The position numbers and the translations under genes are program-made. DNA of 64,000 nt from Macrostomum lignano (Eukaryota): NCBI GenBank assembly GCA_002269645.1, contig NIVC01000099.1, positions 620,001-684,000 of the forward strand. The letters run 5' to 3'. The notes beneath the pieces are model-generated. The model was not told where the DNA came from. It searched no databases and worked only from the letters and a program-made list of their open reading frames with translations. Numbering within the stretch: position 1 is the stretch's first letter; each line of letters opens with the position of its first letter. Below are positions 1 through 19,315 of the stretch, piece after piece.

Positions 1-241
1 AAAGGAGCGCAGAGGGGGGGTAGCGCGAAGCACGAGTGATTTCATTGGCTGGCGAGAGAACTTAAAATTATCGATCGTGCCAATTTTATACGGTCGCGAG
101 AGAGGATAGCAAAATATACAGTGAATTAGAAATTGCCACAAAATCGTTGGGCATTACTACAAGTAAACGTCGCAATAAACGAATGGAAAAGTTTAGTTGA
201 AACGGTGAAACTGAAGGGTTGAAACTATAGAGAAACAGCAG

Positions 242-3200
242 TCCAACGGCCCTTTTCGGGACCACCTTAAACTGACAACGTCACAGAAAGCATCTGAATC
301 ACTGAATCTCTCTTATGAATCTCCTGGCCTGTACGTGATAACGAATGTTGCATCAAACTTTCACACTCAGTCTGAACGTCGTAGCCTGAGTGTACTAGTG
401 CAAAATCCAGTTCGACAGCTGATCTTACTAGCACCTAAATTTGTTGAGCTATTTTCTGTCAACTCAAGCTTTGAATTCTTTCATCCCGATCCTCAACCCA
501 CTAACGCAACATACCGGATAAAGTTTGGGAATATGACTGTTACAAAAAATCTTTCGGTGGAACCAGTCTGGCTGCCAATACGATGCTACCGGGATCTTTT
601 ACTGGAACCAGAGCTTGTGGAATTAACTTGTTGGAACTTGGTTTCTGCGAGGAATGTATCTAACGCCACTGTTCATTGCCAGGAAGCTGTGAATGGTCTT
701 GCCTGGTCGGGGCCTCTGGCTCTTCGGCGAGCAGAAGCCGGTTTTTATGTATTATCCGTGTTGTCCGGATCCTCTCTTCGGACTGGCATTGACTGCGGGG
801 ATGGTCGAATTCAATATCCTCCGAACGCGACAGGAAATATTTCTGTTCAGTATCCATCTGTAGGAAATTTTACCACCACCGTGTCTGTTTGGAATGACGT
901 CAGCAATAAGTCTGTCACTTTTGGTCCGATTGTTGTGCAGGAGGCTGTTCGAGGCCTAGTCCTAGAGTACAACTCCACCGTGCTTTACACACCCGCGGAG
1001 GTGCAGTTTCGTTTATCCAGCTCAGAGGTAGATTTGAACAACCTACACTGCGTGTTCAGCTGGGCCCAGTTCGGCTCTCGATACTTGTATGTGAGCAGCT
1101 TAAGCACTGTTGGCGAAGTGACACTTGCTCAAGTATTCACTAGAGCTGCATTGGGAGTGAGAAACTTCAGTCTGAACTGCTCTAATCTGATCTCATTTCA
1201 AAGCATTCCGATCACAGTTGACATTGTCCTTGACGCTGTGATCATCGGCAGCTTCCGAACCAATGGAACTACTTTGCTCTCCAACGCGACATACTTTTTT
1301 CTTAATATCACTCGCTTCGGCACAAACGGCTGCTTTGTGGTTGACTTTGGAGACTCAACAAATATCAGCTTTGGCGTGCCTGCATTATGCCAGCCGTACT
1401 CAGCATCACGTGGAATCAATTTCACTGCTATCTCCTATGAGAACATGTCGATCTCTTTCAGTCACATTTACCCACACCTCGGTGGGTTTTCTGCTACCGT
1501 GTTCGCCTTTAATCACGTGAGCAATGACACAGCCGAGACTCTGGCGACTATCATGGACTGGATGTGCGAGGCCCCACAGCTAAACTTCTCGCATTTCGGC
1601 GTCCAACTGGCCCAGTGGGACCCCAGCATGCCTTTGCAACAAATGAGATCGCAAGAAGTTCTAGTTAGCGGATTGCCTGAGCTGAACTGTTCGAAAACCG
1701 GTGCTACAGTGCGACGATGGCGAGTGGAAACTGTGACTGGCACCGTGACGAATCTCAGCTTCCCGGACTTACTCAGCTTTCGACTTCCGCCGCGCTCCCT
1801 CTGGTACGGCCTGTATAAGGTTGTGTTGAACTTGTCCATGGCGGAAGTGACACCTCCGGTTTCTGCAGAGTTTGCTTTCTATTTAAACATAACAAAAACA
1901 CCGATAAGCGTCAACTTTAGCAGCAGTTCACCTGTGTCTGTGGCTTATAATCGAACTGTTAGATTTGAACTGGACGCGCGTGATTGGGATGTAGAGGCCG
2001 GGAACTTGACTGCGATGTCCTTTCGGTGGATTTGCATGCAGCAATCAGAACTTAGTGCTGAGCACATGGCACTTGATGCCCAACTTGTCGTATGTTCTAC
2101 GAGTTGATGTCTTCAAGGACTCAAGATCAGCTTTTAGTGAGTGGACCATATTCCTGAGTCCCCAGGCCTTGCCAACAATACTAATTGGGTAAATTATATT
2201 CTCTTCTGTTTTTCAGATAATTTTCTTTGAATCGAATACCCTAAATCAGCTGATTATAAACCTATTTTCAGGTGCGTCAGCAACTGTGCTGTAAAAGTAT
2301 CTGCACGTATTCCCCTGGCTTACGAGGCATCCTGCAAAGAAAATTGCGGTACAAAATTTGATAACCTGTCCTTTACATGGGCCATGCGGCAGTTGCAAGC
2401 AGGCGGCTTTGAGGATTTGGCTGTTCTCACTGAATCGGGTGAGTTGCATCTCAAGAGAATTAACATAGTAACAGTTTGGTCACCGAAATCAGTTTTCAAC
2501 GAATTACTTTGAGAAGTAAAATCGACCCCATTCTTTGCAGGTTACACCAGCTCACGAATCGTTCGCAGAGAAAACACTTTGATCCAAGGTGTTGTTTATC
2601 TGGTTCAAGTGTCGGCATCAAGCTTCGCTCAAGAGGGTCCTTTCACTGTTTCAAAGACTTTTGTTGTTAATAAACCAGCCAGCGGAGGCAATTGCACGAT
2701 CGAGCCACGTGAAGGCATTGCCATGGAAACTAAATTCCGCATCTCATGCTGGAGCTGGGTGGAGTTTAATGTGACTGCATCCAGCTTGACTTACGAATAC
2801 CGCATCAGGCCCAAAGGAAACCTGCGCACTATTCTACTGTTCTATGGACCGACGGCTGTCTCTCCGGAGGTAGTACTTCCGGTCGGTTCTTCGACTCATG
2901 GGTACAAGACTGACGCCTACATAAATGTCGTTGACAGTTTAGGCGATAAAATTGCATTCATTTTCGATGTCACAGTAAGCACCCAATCTGCCTGCACTGT
3001 TTTGTTCAAATTCTTTAATTTCTTAATCGTTTTTAAGCATTCGCAAGCTTAGTAAATACTCTTACTCGTCCCGCTTCAGGTTTATCCGCCGGCAATTCCC
3101 GCATCTGAGCTTCTCGCGGGCATTTCGGACATAATGGACGGAACAAGTGATAAATTAAGCCAGCATTTGAAGAGTGGCAACCAGCAGGGAGCTGCCACCA

Positions 3201-6200
3201 CTCTTATGTGCTTGACGTCGGTAATGAACGCCAAGAATGAAGATGCTGAAGGAGCAAATGCTACGAGTGAAGAAAGGACGGCGTTTAATAGAAGAATGGC
3301 GGAGGTAAGTAGCATATGCGCTCAGATTTATCACTCACACATGGTTATTGAAAAGGCAATGATAACAAGCAGTTTTGGCACAAGCTAGTATGCAATATTA
3401 GCTAGTATTCTCACTATATTTTCAGCTGCGTACGAAGCTTGTCGAAGTGGTCGCCAATTTCAGCTTAAACTCTCCCGAGGATTTGGAGCAGACAAATGAC
3501 GTATTGAGGACAGCTTTCCCCCCTGACCGAACAGATCAGATTACGGTTAATGCGCAGGTAAGTACCTTTATTGCTGTAGCCAAGATACTTTCGGTGCTTT
3601 CCTTGGATACTTGAATCTGAATCTGTAAAAAGCTTATTTCACCCATTAAATGCTTGTCTCAGGAGCTCGGTGCTTCAAAGCTTCAAGAAGTTACGGATTC
3701 TTTTGGAAAATTTAAAGAAAAACTCCAAAAAGACGTGCAACCGCTTATGGGTTCAGGTAAGAGCAACAGTTATTCCTCCCTTTACGTTTTGTGTTATTAT
3801 AGGGTTAACAAATAGCTTTTCTATCGCGAAAGAACCATAAAACACGCAACACGAAACAGATATTGTGTTCACTGGCTCGAATATTTGGTCCGCATCTGAC
3901 GCCACTGCAAAGGCCAACAATGCCAACAACGAAAGCGCCTGCTCAAACTCAAGTCAGATAGATTGTCTTTCGACTACCCCAGCAACTGGAACCGAAGAGC
4001 TTAGCGCAAAAGTCAGAGGAGTAATAGAGTCTGTTCTCACAACTGTTGAATCTGTAACGGAAATTCTTCTCAACAGCTCGGGGTCCTATTCCATCTCCGA
4101 TTCCGCACTGTCAGTTCAGGGAGTTCGCCTTAATGGAAGCAACGATAGCGTTAGTTTTCAGTCGGCACTGGGTGACGCCAGTCTGCCACAGCTGAGCGGC
4201 TGCGACTCAGTTAAGGCTGTGTTCTCAGGCCGCAGCCCGTATGTGTGGCAACCGAAGACATCCGTTGCTTCGCCTGTCCTCATGATTGATAAGAGAGGCT
4301 GCCGCTCGCGTCGCGCTGCAGCGCCTTCCAGCTCGGAAAGTTTCACCTTCTCTTTACCTGCAACAGCTGTTGGCGAAAAAGCTGTGGTCAATGCTACCCC
4401 GACGGATCGGTGGCTGAGCTTTTATCACAGCGTTAATGTCACCTTTGGAGTCCTGGAGGTGACAGTGCTGCCAATCAATGTCAGCCACGCGCTACAGGTC
4501 TTTGTGCAGCTCGACCGCCTTCCGACGCCATTGGAGTATTTAATTAACGCTAGCCAAGGCTCGTTTTATCTACCTGCAGTTTCTAACGGTACCTATTTCA
4601 TCGGAGTCCAGCGAGACGGTTGCTACCGGGAGCCCAGCGGCGAGGTAGCCTCTTCTTGTCCTGACCCGAGCCTGTCCTACGAGTTTGGTCTATCTCAATA
4701 CGATTGTCTCGTCTGGGACGCTGTCCAGGAAATCTGGACGAAGCCTTCAACTGCTGGAGCTTCGTGCACTGTCGAAGCGTCCGATGTCCCAAATCGACCG
4801 AGGTTCGTCAGCAACCTCTTCGGTAGCCTTGGCGCGGGAATGAATGTATTGCCGAATCTCATCGATTTCGGCAAGCTGTTTGACAACTGGCAGGGAAAGC
4901 TGGCGGACAGCGCTGCAGTTGTCGGCACCGTGGTGGCTCTTTGGGTCATCTTCATCCCGATTGCTGTCTGGTTGCGTCGCGTTGACAATAAGGATAGCGA
5001 AAAGGTGAGACTGGATATTCTGCCAACATGCTTTGAACCGTTGATTCTTCGGAATTATAAAATTCGTCGTCAAAGTAAAAAGCAAACGCCTTTCTCGAAA
5101 AAAATTTCAGTTTAAGTATTTACCTCTGATCGACGATGCGAATGAAAAGTTTGTCTACAGGATTGACGTGTACACTGCCAGCGATAAAAGCAACGCTGGA
5201 ACCCGTATATGCCCGCTACTATCGGTTTCGGGTGAACTTCACAGAGAACCGCTGAGAGTTTTGTCTGATGGAATTTGACAGGTAAGATAACGATAGTGTG
5301 AAATCAACTGACTGAAACAGTGAAGTGAAAATTTATGACATTGTCAACTAACTTGTTTTTCAGAATTTTCAGCCGGGTGATATAAATCACTTCACAATGA
5401 CAACAGGGAAGCATCTGGGCGACATTCTCGAGATAGAATTTTCGCTTGAAGGACAGAAACCAATTTCTACGTGGATGCTGCAGAAAATAATTATCACGGA
5501 TTCGTTGTACAATGTCAGGTATGATTTCAGAATGATAACTTTGCTGGTTTCCTGATACTTGGTCAGCAAAAGTAATTTTTAATTTTTCAGTTACATCTTC
5601 AACTCATCCGAAACGATCCTGCCGTACCAAGAGCCTATTGCGATAGCATTGGCGAGCAAGGAACAGTTGGCATTCCAGCAGCGCTTTGTGAGGAACAATC
5701 TGTCGCGAAAGTTCCTCGACGATCACCTGTGGATGTCGGTAGTCAAGCGTAAAACTGACACGAACTTTTCTCGGCTGCAGCGATTTGGCGTCTGTTTCTG
5801 TCTGCTCTTCTTAACCATGATATCCAATGCCATGTTTTACGGTGTTGGGGAGGGGGGCCAGTCAGCGTCAGACACGATCACGATCGGACCGATCAAGCTG
5901 TCAGTCAACACCCTGTTCACGTCCATGCTGGGCGCTGTTGTTGTTGTGCCAGTTTCAGCTGCTGTCACTATTTTCTTTTTGAAGTCCAAAAGATCAGCAA
6001 GCAATTCCGCAACGCCCAGTTCTTCTCTTGAGAATTCAGATGCAATGAAAGAGTCCAGAGAGAAGTCGGAGAGTACTACAGAGGACGGGGTCTTTGATCT
6101 AGTGAGTAGTTTATTATCCGCATATACCGGTACTTAAACCCACATATTCACCCTTATTTCATTCGTTCCTAAATTTCATATCTTTGCCAATAGCAACCGT

Positions 6201-9200
6201 GAACTGCGGCACATCTGTAAAACCATTGCTTGACAGAAAAAAAATGCTTTTGAGGTGTCCAATCGGCGTTTGCTGATTGGTTGTAAACACCCACCCCAAG
6301 TCAACCCCCTCTGCACTGCACCCCTCCGCCGTGAGGTTTATATCACCTAGCTTTACTCAGCCTGCCTCACCTTTCTCGCGCTGCATGAAATTTTTTCTCC
6401 ATAGGTGCGTTTGTACTACAGATAGGTGCGGTTGGTACCATTGCTTAGTTATTTATTGAGTATCTATTACTTATTTTCCAAATTCATTCCAGCTTGAAAC
6501 CGGGATTGTTTATCGATCTAGAAAATCTGCTGATTCAAGGACGCCCAAATCCAAAGACTTTTCAAGTAACCCAGCCAGCACACCGCTGGTGCCACAGGTG
6601 AGCGAAATGCCGTCGACAGGATTCCAGCTGCCGCACTGGTGCCAGTACGTGGGCTGGGCGCTGGTTCTGGGCAGCATGCTCGGCGCCGGGGTCTTCCTCG
6701 TGTTCTACGCTATGCAGTGGGGCAAGGAGAAGTCCCAGCAGTGGCTTCTCTCCTTTGTGCTGTCGTTTGTTCAGACCGCGTTTCTAGTACAGCCGCTCAA
6801 GGTATGCAAGTCAACCTTTATCTATTTATCAAGCTAGTTGAGTTGTATTCAACTGTACGATCTTAGAAACTAAGCAAAAAATAACCACCGGGGAGCATTG
6901 TGGGCACCTTGGCACAACGCCTTCCGCAACATTGACCCACAATCAGTTGCCGAGGAAATTCTGTCCATTCCGCGGGACCCCTGAGCAAACATGACACTCA
7001 TGCTCACACAGGGTGTACACACTCTCTATACCTTGGGAATCGGCCCCCGTGGGTGCGAATCGCACGAAAACCTAGGCCAATTTTTCATACTAAGCTCAAA
7101 TTGAATGTGACCCTGGAATCGAACCAGGGCTCGCGGCACGGGAGTCAGATGCTAAGCTGCTCCTCCCATACGAAAGCTTAAGTCTCAACATTGTACAATA
7201 TTGAGGATCTCTTCTCTGACACCATCTATCCATCGTTTTTATTCAGTAGTTTCTTGCTCAAAAGCTCGCATAGCTTGCGTCCCAGACTTTTGAGAATCCG
7301 AAGTCCATGCTGTGATTGTGGCAAGGATGGCGTTATGAATAGGGGGTTATGATTAAAGGATTCAGCTAGGGTTATAGGGTTTTCACTCATTACGAGCGAA
7401 CTCAAGGTTGAACTCATTAAGCGATTAGTTGTACCATTTTTTGTCATTTTCAGGTAGCACTGATTGGCCTCGTCTTGATTGTGATATTTCGAAAAGACTA
7501 CGACGTTGAGAACTTCACCCTCATCCGAGTCAGGTACTTCAACGAAGAGCATCAGAGAGGTGAGCAAATATTTAAAATGTTTATCAGTAAATGTTTATCA
7601 GCCGCAACCGTTTATCAGTAGAAGCATTAAAATTATTGCTTTTTACTTTGACTTTTACTACGAGTTTGTGCACTTTGAGAGAACGTGCGCTCTTTGCATG
7701 CTTGTTGGAAGCACGAAGCAGATCTAAAGGACAACAACCAAAAAGATCTTGAAGAAACTCCTTGGAGAAGATCCAAGGACAGTTCCCGCTAACTTATAGT
7801 ATTCCTTGATTGCTCAAGGAATGTCTTTTCTATTAAAACCGAGCAACTCTGGCTAGAGATTGCGAGTGTTAGTTAACTACTCAAAAAGTGGTGGCTGCGT
7901 CTGTGTATTTATTGTCTGATATAGCAGAATTGCGTGCATTTTATTGAGTGCGGGTGAGGATGTGCTCAAGTAAGGGGAGTGGGGCCACAGATTTCGAACT
8001 GGATGTTCTCGAACTGCCTCTTTGCATGTAATATCTGAAATAACCACATTCAATTAGGCAGGCAGCTTCAAATGAAACAAACAATTTTTCAGAGGGCATC
8101 GCATTTCTATACGAACTCGAGGCCAAAGCTCGACAGAACCCGGTCCGCAAGGCTGCCATCAGCGCCACTGTGAAGCTGGTCCTCACCTTGCTGCTGCTCC
8201 TGCTTCAATACTGCATTTGCTACGGCAACATCGACCCTGGAACCTTCCGGCTACACGAAAGCATCAAGCAGCACTTGAACTACAAAGACCTGGTTGCCGT
8301 GGATGGAACTGCCACTGAGCTGTACAAAGTTATAAACTCCAGCATCTTGCCTGCTGTTTTCGCAGACTCCGCCTCGTTTCTGATCTCCGACGGATGCGGC
8401 TACCGTCTGAGCCGGCTGTCACTGCGCCAGCTGAGAAGGCCTCGCCAGCAACGCCAGTCGCCGTTCGTGAGCAGCACTGATGAAACCGGCTGCTTCCTGC
8501 CGGGCTGGACTGCCGCAGCTCCGTGCAACCTCTCGGCGTCGCCGCTTGAGCAGGCCTTCATGAACCGGCCTGACGGTGCGCCGTACTCGGGAATTCTAGC
8601 CGAATACCGAGGTGGCGGCTTTGTGGCCCTGCTGCCGGAAGGACTGGCACCGAGTCGAGCTTTCCTGGCCGAGCTGCAGCGCCTGGGCTGGTTGGACTCG
8701 TCCACCAGCTTGCTGGTCGTTGAGCTGGACTTGTTTTACTCGGACGTGAACCTGTTCACCGCGGTTGCCATGGCATCGGAACTCAATTCATTCGGCGGTG
8801 CTCACGCCAGCGAGCAGCTCCTTAGCACTAGGCTGTACCGCTACGTGGGTGCAGTGGGAGTCTTTGCATTGGTCTCAGAGATTCTAGCCGGCCTTCTATT
8901 GCTTCTGCGCATCGTTTTTCTGGCTATTCAGCTGCGAAACTGTCGCCAGTTTTGGGCCAACTTTGAGAACTGGCTGGACATGGGCGTCGTCATCTTTATG
9001 GTGGTCGCCTGCGTTTTCTACGGTCTCCGCACAGCCGGCACTGGCAGCGCTCTGGAGGCTGCGGTGAACGGAGGCCGACCGCAGCTACGCCAGCTGCTGC
9101 TGCTTAACGAATTCTTCTTTTACTCGCTCGGCTTCTCCTGCTTCCTTTTGCAGCTGTCGCTGCTGGGCCTCATCAGGTTCAGCGCCACCCTCGGCCACCT

Positions 9201-10209
9201 GCTCGGCACGCTGCGATCCTCGCTCAGCAAGTTGAGCTCTTTCGCCGTATTTTTCTGTGTCATCTTCTTCGCCTTCTGCTGGCTGATGAACCAGCTGCTC
9301 GGGCCGGTGCAGCTGCAGTTCAGCTCACCCCTTGGCACCATGTCAACTCTGTTCTCGGCGATGCTCGGCAAGTTCGACATGGCCACAGTCAGCCGCCATG
9401 GACTGCTCCCGAAGCTCGCGTTCTCTCTGTACGTCTCCTTCTTGATGTTCATTGTAGTCAACCTTTTCGTGGTCATTCTCAACGACAGTTACGAAGGGGC
9501 CAGGGAGCCAACGCAGAGCGGCGCCGGTGGCTCGAGCGACTTCCAGATCGTCCAGTTCGTTCTGCAGAGACTGCGCGACACTTTCGTTTCTAGTCGAGCT
9601 GCGGCGCCGAGTTACAAGGAGAGTAAAGGTAAAATTTCTGGAACTGAAATTTATCTACATGCAATATTCGGGATATGAACAGTTACACACAGTATAGTAT
9701 GTGCCTATCGGTAGTACCGATTTGTATTTTCCTATATCTTACGAGTATTTTCGTTGCAAAAATCTCACCTTTAAACGTGAAGAAATGAAGCTGCGATTCC
9801 GTTACGTTTATTGAAATTCCTTAACAGTAGCGCGCTTTATGTAAATGCCATTTCTGCTGGTCTGAATCCAATAGCTAGTTTAAGTTGTCTGTGATGAAGT
9901 CGTTTCCTAACCATCAACCTCTGAAATTCATTCAGACTTGGACGTCACCATCAACCGGCTGCACGCAAAGTTCGGCATCATTGATTCAATGCTCAGCAGC
10001 TACACTCTGGCGGACCGGAAGTGGGACAGCCAGATCTGCCTGAACTTGACGGGATCTCTGCATGGCGATTCGTGCAGCTGCAACAGCGGAAACAGCGTCA
10101 GATGTCGAAGGCACGACAGGCTGTTGAAGAGCAGCGATACGTGCTGCATAGAGCTGCAGCTGGAGGGCAGCAGACGGAACACATTGTGAACTGCTGCCGA
10201 ATGTGCTGA
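242..10209 (+). CDS. Polycystin-1-like (PKD1L family) gene: PKD/REJ ectodomain, GPS-region, TM1, PLAT, multi-TM polycystin channel domain; 5'-incomplete, with apparent reading-frame lesions
   Basis: Hand-spliced exons (GT-AG): ~242-2188 (frameshift near 2040), 2272-2438, 2541-2974, 3080-3304, 3426-3557, 3663-3756, 3860-5004, 5111-5281 (in-frame TGA 5276), 5364-5518, 5591-6101, 6493-6801, unresolved 6802-8057, 8058-9628, 9936-~10209. REJ-like motifs CVSNCAVKVS and GGNCTIEPREGIAMETKFRISC. PLAT motifs RIDVYTASDKSNAGT and HLGDILEI. PKD1-type DDHLWMSV...FSRLQRFGVCFCLLFLTMISNAMFY. Channel region YRGGGFV...LGWLDSSTSLLVVEL and FMFIVVNLFVVILNDSY. Confidence 0.85.
6877..7167 (-). mobile_element. tRNA-derived SINE in PKD1L intron
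   Basis: Minus strand has B-box GGTTCGATTCC in a tRNA-like head. Body shares TGTACAC(C)CTGTG..GAG and TGCTCAGG..CGGAATGG with the copy at 40035, and GAAGGCGTTG..GGTGCC with the copy at 33610. Confidence 0.65.
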
Positions 10210-10512
10210 CGGAGACAAGTGGCTGAAAGCGTACTTGATAAATAATTTATTTAGAAGTTGTTGAATGATTTTCCAGTTATTGCCTTAAAAACTGTCAAAG
10301 CATTGAAAGTTCTGCTGATCGCTAAATATTTCATTTATGGATGCTGCCGACTGTCGGAGCCTTCGCTGCAGCCGCTTAAGCCGCTGCTGCCCAGAGTTCC
10401 GCGTCTGGGATTAATCGAGGTGTTACTACGCAGTTTCTAAAAGCAGCAGATAACGTTTAAAATATTGCTTTATTTGTTTATACCTGAAGATCACAGCGCC
10501 TACTGTTATTTA

Positions 10513-10656
10513 AGGCTCGAACTTGCACTATAAAAACCCAAAGAAGACTCGTTCGCACCACAATCCGATTCGAGGCAAATTTTTGCGCGATCCTCAAGTT
10601 TGTACACACTGTACATCAGATTTTATGGTTGAATTGATTGCAGTGCGAACGAGCCT
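10513..10656. mobile_element. Small Harbinger/PIF-like MITE
   Basis: Termini AGGCTCG / CGAGCCT flanked by TTA on both sides. Internal IR AAGACTCGTTCGCACCACAATC (10544) pairs with GATTGCAGTGCGAACGAGCCTT (10636). Confidence 0.4.
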
Positions 10657-11364
10657 TTAATATGCGAATATATTTATTCTTGTGTATGTAAGCTTGTGTA
10701 TCGTGTTGCACTCGTAATGTCGTACTGTCGAACCGAATGCATTGGCATCATCACACTCAGATGTTGCTTAAAGATTTTCGCTACCCTTATTTTTTTTACT
10801 AATACTAAAATGATGCTGCATGTACTTATCTAATTTTTTTAATTTCAGCTAATTGTTAAAATCTATAATTTTTTAAAGCAAAATACAACTTCTCTGACAA
10901 ACCCGCTTTTTTGAAATGATAAAATACAACTGAAGGTCTTTTTGGTAAACTGTTTACTTTAAATTCCAAAAGAAGCCGCACACGTGCGGCATTTGACTCA
11001 TTTAGCTGACCTGCAGCCTGCAGCGGGCTCCGGTGCCGACGCTGCCCATTCTGCTAATCCTCGTCTCTCACGGGCATAGACCAAATTTCTCGACACCGGA
11101 GAGGCAGAAAGAGCTTTCCTCACTGCGGATTTTTCTTTTGAAGGTAGCACAATCCAACAAAACAGCCATGACCAAAGATTGTCATTTTGAGTGCAGCAGA
11201 GCGCGAGATGCTTCTGTTTGTGCCAGGATGCCTTCCACTGATTGTTTGATCCAAGAGAGATGACAACAGCAGTGTGGGGCGCGGGTGGAGCACAACAGGT
11301 CGCTTGGACAGACCAGGCCGGCGCCCTGATACAAAGCCGTGTAATCTAGCCTGCTAGCTGCAGC

Positions 11365-11600
11365 CGTCGGCGACTCCAGCTGGCAGGCCGCATCATCCGC
11401 GCCGAGTCGTACTGCTGCCTACAGCCGGTGCAGGAGGTGCTGCTGCTGACGCTGTACTGACCGGCGGGGGCAGGCCCGCACTCGGCGTTTGGTCGACTGC
11501 CTGCTGGCTGACGCCGGCACCCAGGATTCGGTCGGCGGCGGCACGTTCGTTCGCTACCTGGCCCTGAAGCGCGCCCTGACTCGTATTGTGTTGTTGCTTA
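11365..11600 (+). mobile_element. Degenerate 3' fragment of an RTE-like non-LTR retrotransposon
   Basis: GCCGTCGGCGACTCCAGCTGGCAGGCC...CAGCCGGTGCAGGAGGTGCTGCT...GTCGACTGCCTGCTGGCTGACGCCGGC aligns by eye with 50037-50255. Peptide VDCLLADAGTQDSVGG vs VDCLLADAGAPDSAGG. Ends in a TTG-rich tail. Confidence 0.85.
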
Positions 11601-12647
11601 GTTCTGGAAAAACAGAAGAGCTTAACTACATTTGTACTGCCCGAGTGCATGACATCAATGGTCGACAACACGGCCTTTTCTCGTACACAGATGCGATGCG
11701 ACAGCAGAAGGCATCGAAGCTGATGTGGGATTGAGTGAAACAGTGGATTTATGGGGCTGCCAATAATGCCAATTCTTGGTAACGAGGTAAAGTGAAAACC
11801 GCATTTATCGATCTTATGACGTGACCAAAGCATGGACAGAAATCCTGTCTGAGAAGGCAAGCCAGATCTCCTTTACGCCCAGTTCAGGGATGGTTTTTTA
11901 AGTTTTCTGAAAGCGAACTGCATCTGGATCTGGACGCCCATGTCTAACTGGCCGCCTTCTGGTGAAAATTCTCTGCTGGTAAAAATTCAAAAGAGCGACC
12001 GAAGAGGTCCAGGAAGGAGTTCATGCCCAGTGCATGAGTGCATTAAGTAAAGCGTAATTGATATCTACGAATATAATTTTTAAATAAAAATTGCTTGAAT
12101 CAGCTTACATGCAAATGCAACTTATTTCTTTTGAAGTGTTACTGCCTGTTTCTGGATATTTTACGAGATTGCATTGATTGAAAACAACGCTGGGTCAGTG
12201 TAGCGGTACAGCAATCATATCGTTCACTACAAATTATCAAACGGCCTATTTACAAAACAAATAATACCAATAGAAGTAAGTTTTAAACCAGCAGGGGCTT
12301 TATTGAATGAATTCTAATGACAGCGCTAGCATTATTCAGTGCATTAATATCTTAGCGGTGTAAATAATATAATAATGTGTTTAAACAATTCTATAAAAGT
12401 ATGAGATTCTTATACTCATTGACTAAGAAACGCCATTAGGTTTTCAATTTAAGTGAGTATTATGTCAATAATTATAGAAAAATAAAATTAAGTTAAATTA
12501 TATTAAGCTTTATTGTCAATAGTGATTATTTTAACTTTGTGACTATCCACGAAAGAGTCAGCTAATCAGCTTATTCACCATTCCATTTTAACATTCAAAT
12601 AACTTTTTTCTGCATTTAGAGAGACTACTTAATTTGAAAGCAGACTC

Positions 12648-18980
<6,333 letters not shown>

Positions 18981-19156
18981 AATTTAAACAAATCTTCTTT
19001 TTTGTTCGATAATGACGGGACGAATGCTTCTGCATTGCGTAGTGGCTGTGTTTTGTGAAACTCAATTTAGATCCGTGTTGTGGTTGCTGTTTGCTTTCTG
19101 CACTGCCGCTCCTGCTGTGGGTGGCGACTCACCCCGATTATTTGGAGGTGTGGGCA

Positions 19157-19315
19157 TAGAGGGCACTATTAGGGGGCATAGAGGGCACTATTAGGGGGGC
19201 ATAGAGGGCACTATTAGGGGGCATAGAGGGCACTATTAGGGGGCATAGAGGGCACTATTAGGGGGCATAGAGGGCACTATTAGGGGGCATAGAGGGCACT
19301 ATTAGGGGGCATAGT
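19157..19315. repeat. ~22-23-bp repeat (GGGGGCATAGAGGGCACTATTA) downstream of the CAMK4 stop
   Basis: Direct reading. Confidence 0.9.

Noticed and set aside
7226-7567. 113-aa minus-strand ORF as an independent gene
   Set aside because: No recognisable motif or splice structure; unclassified intronic sequence.
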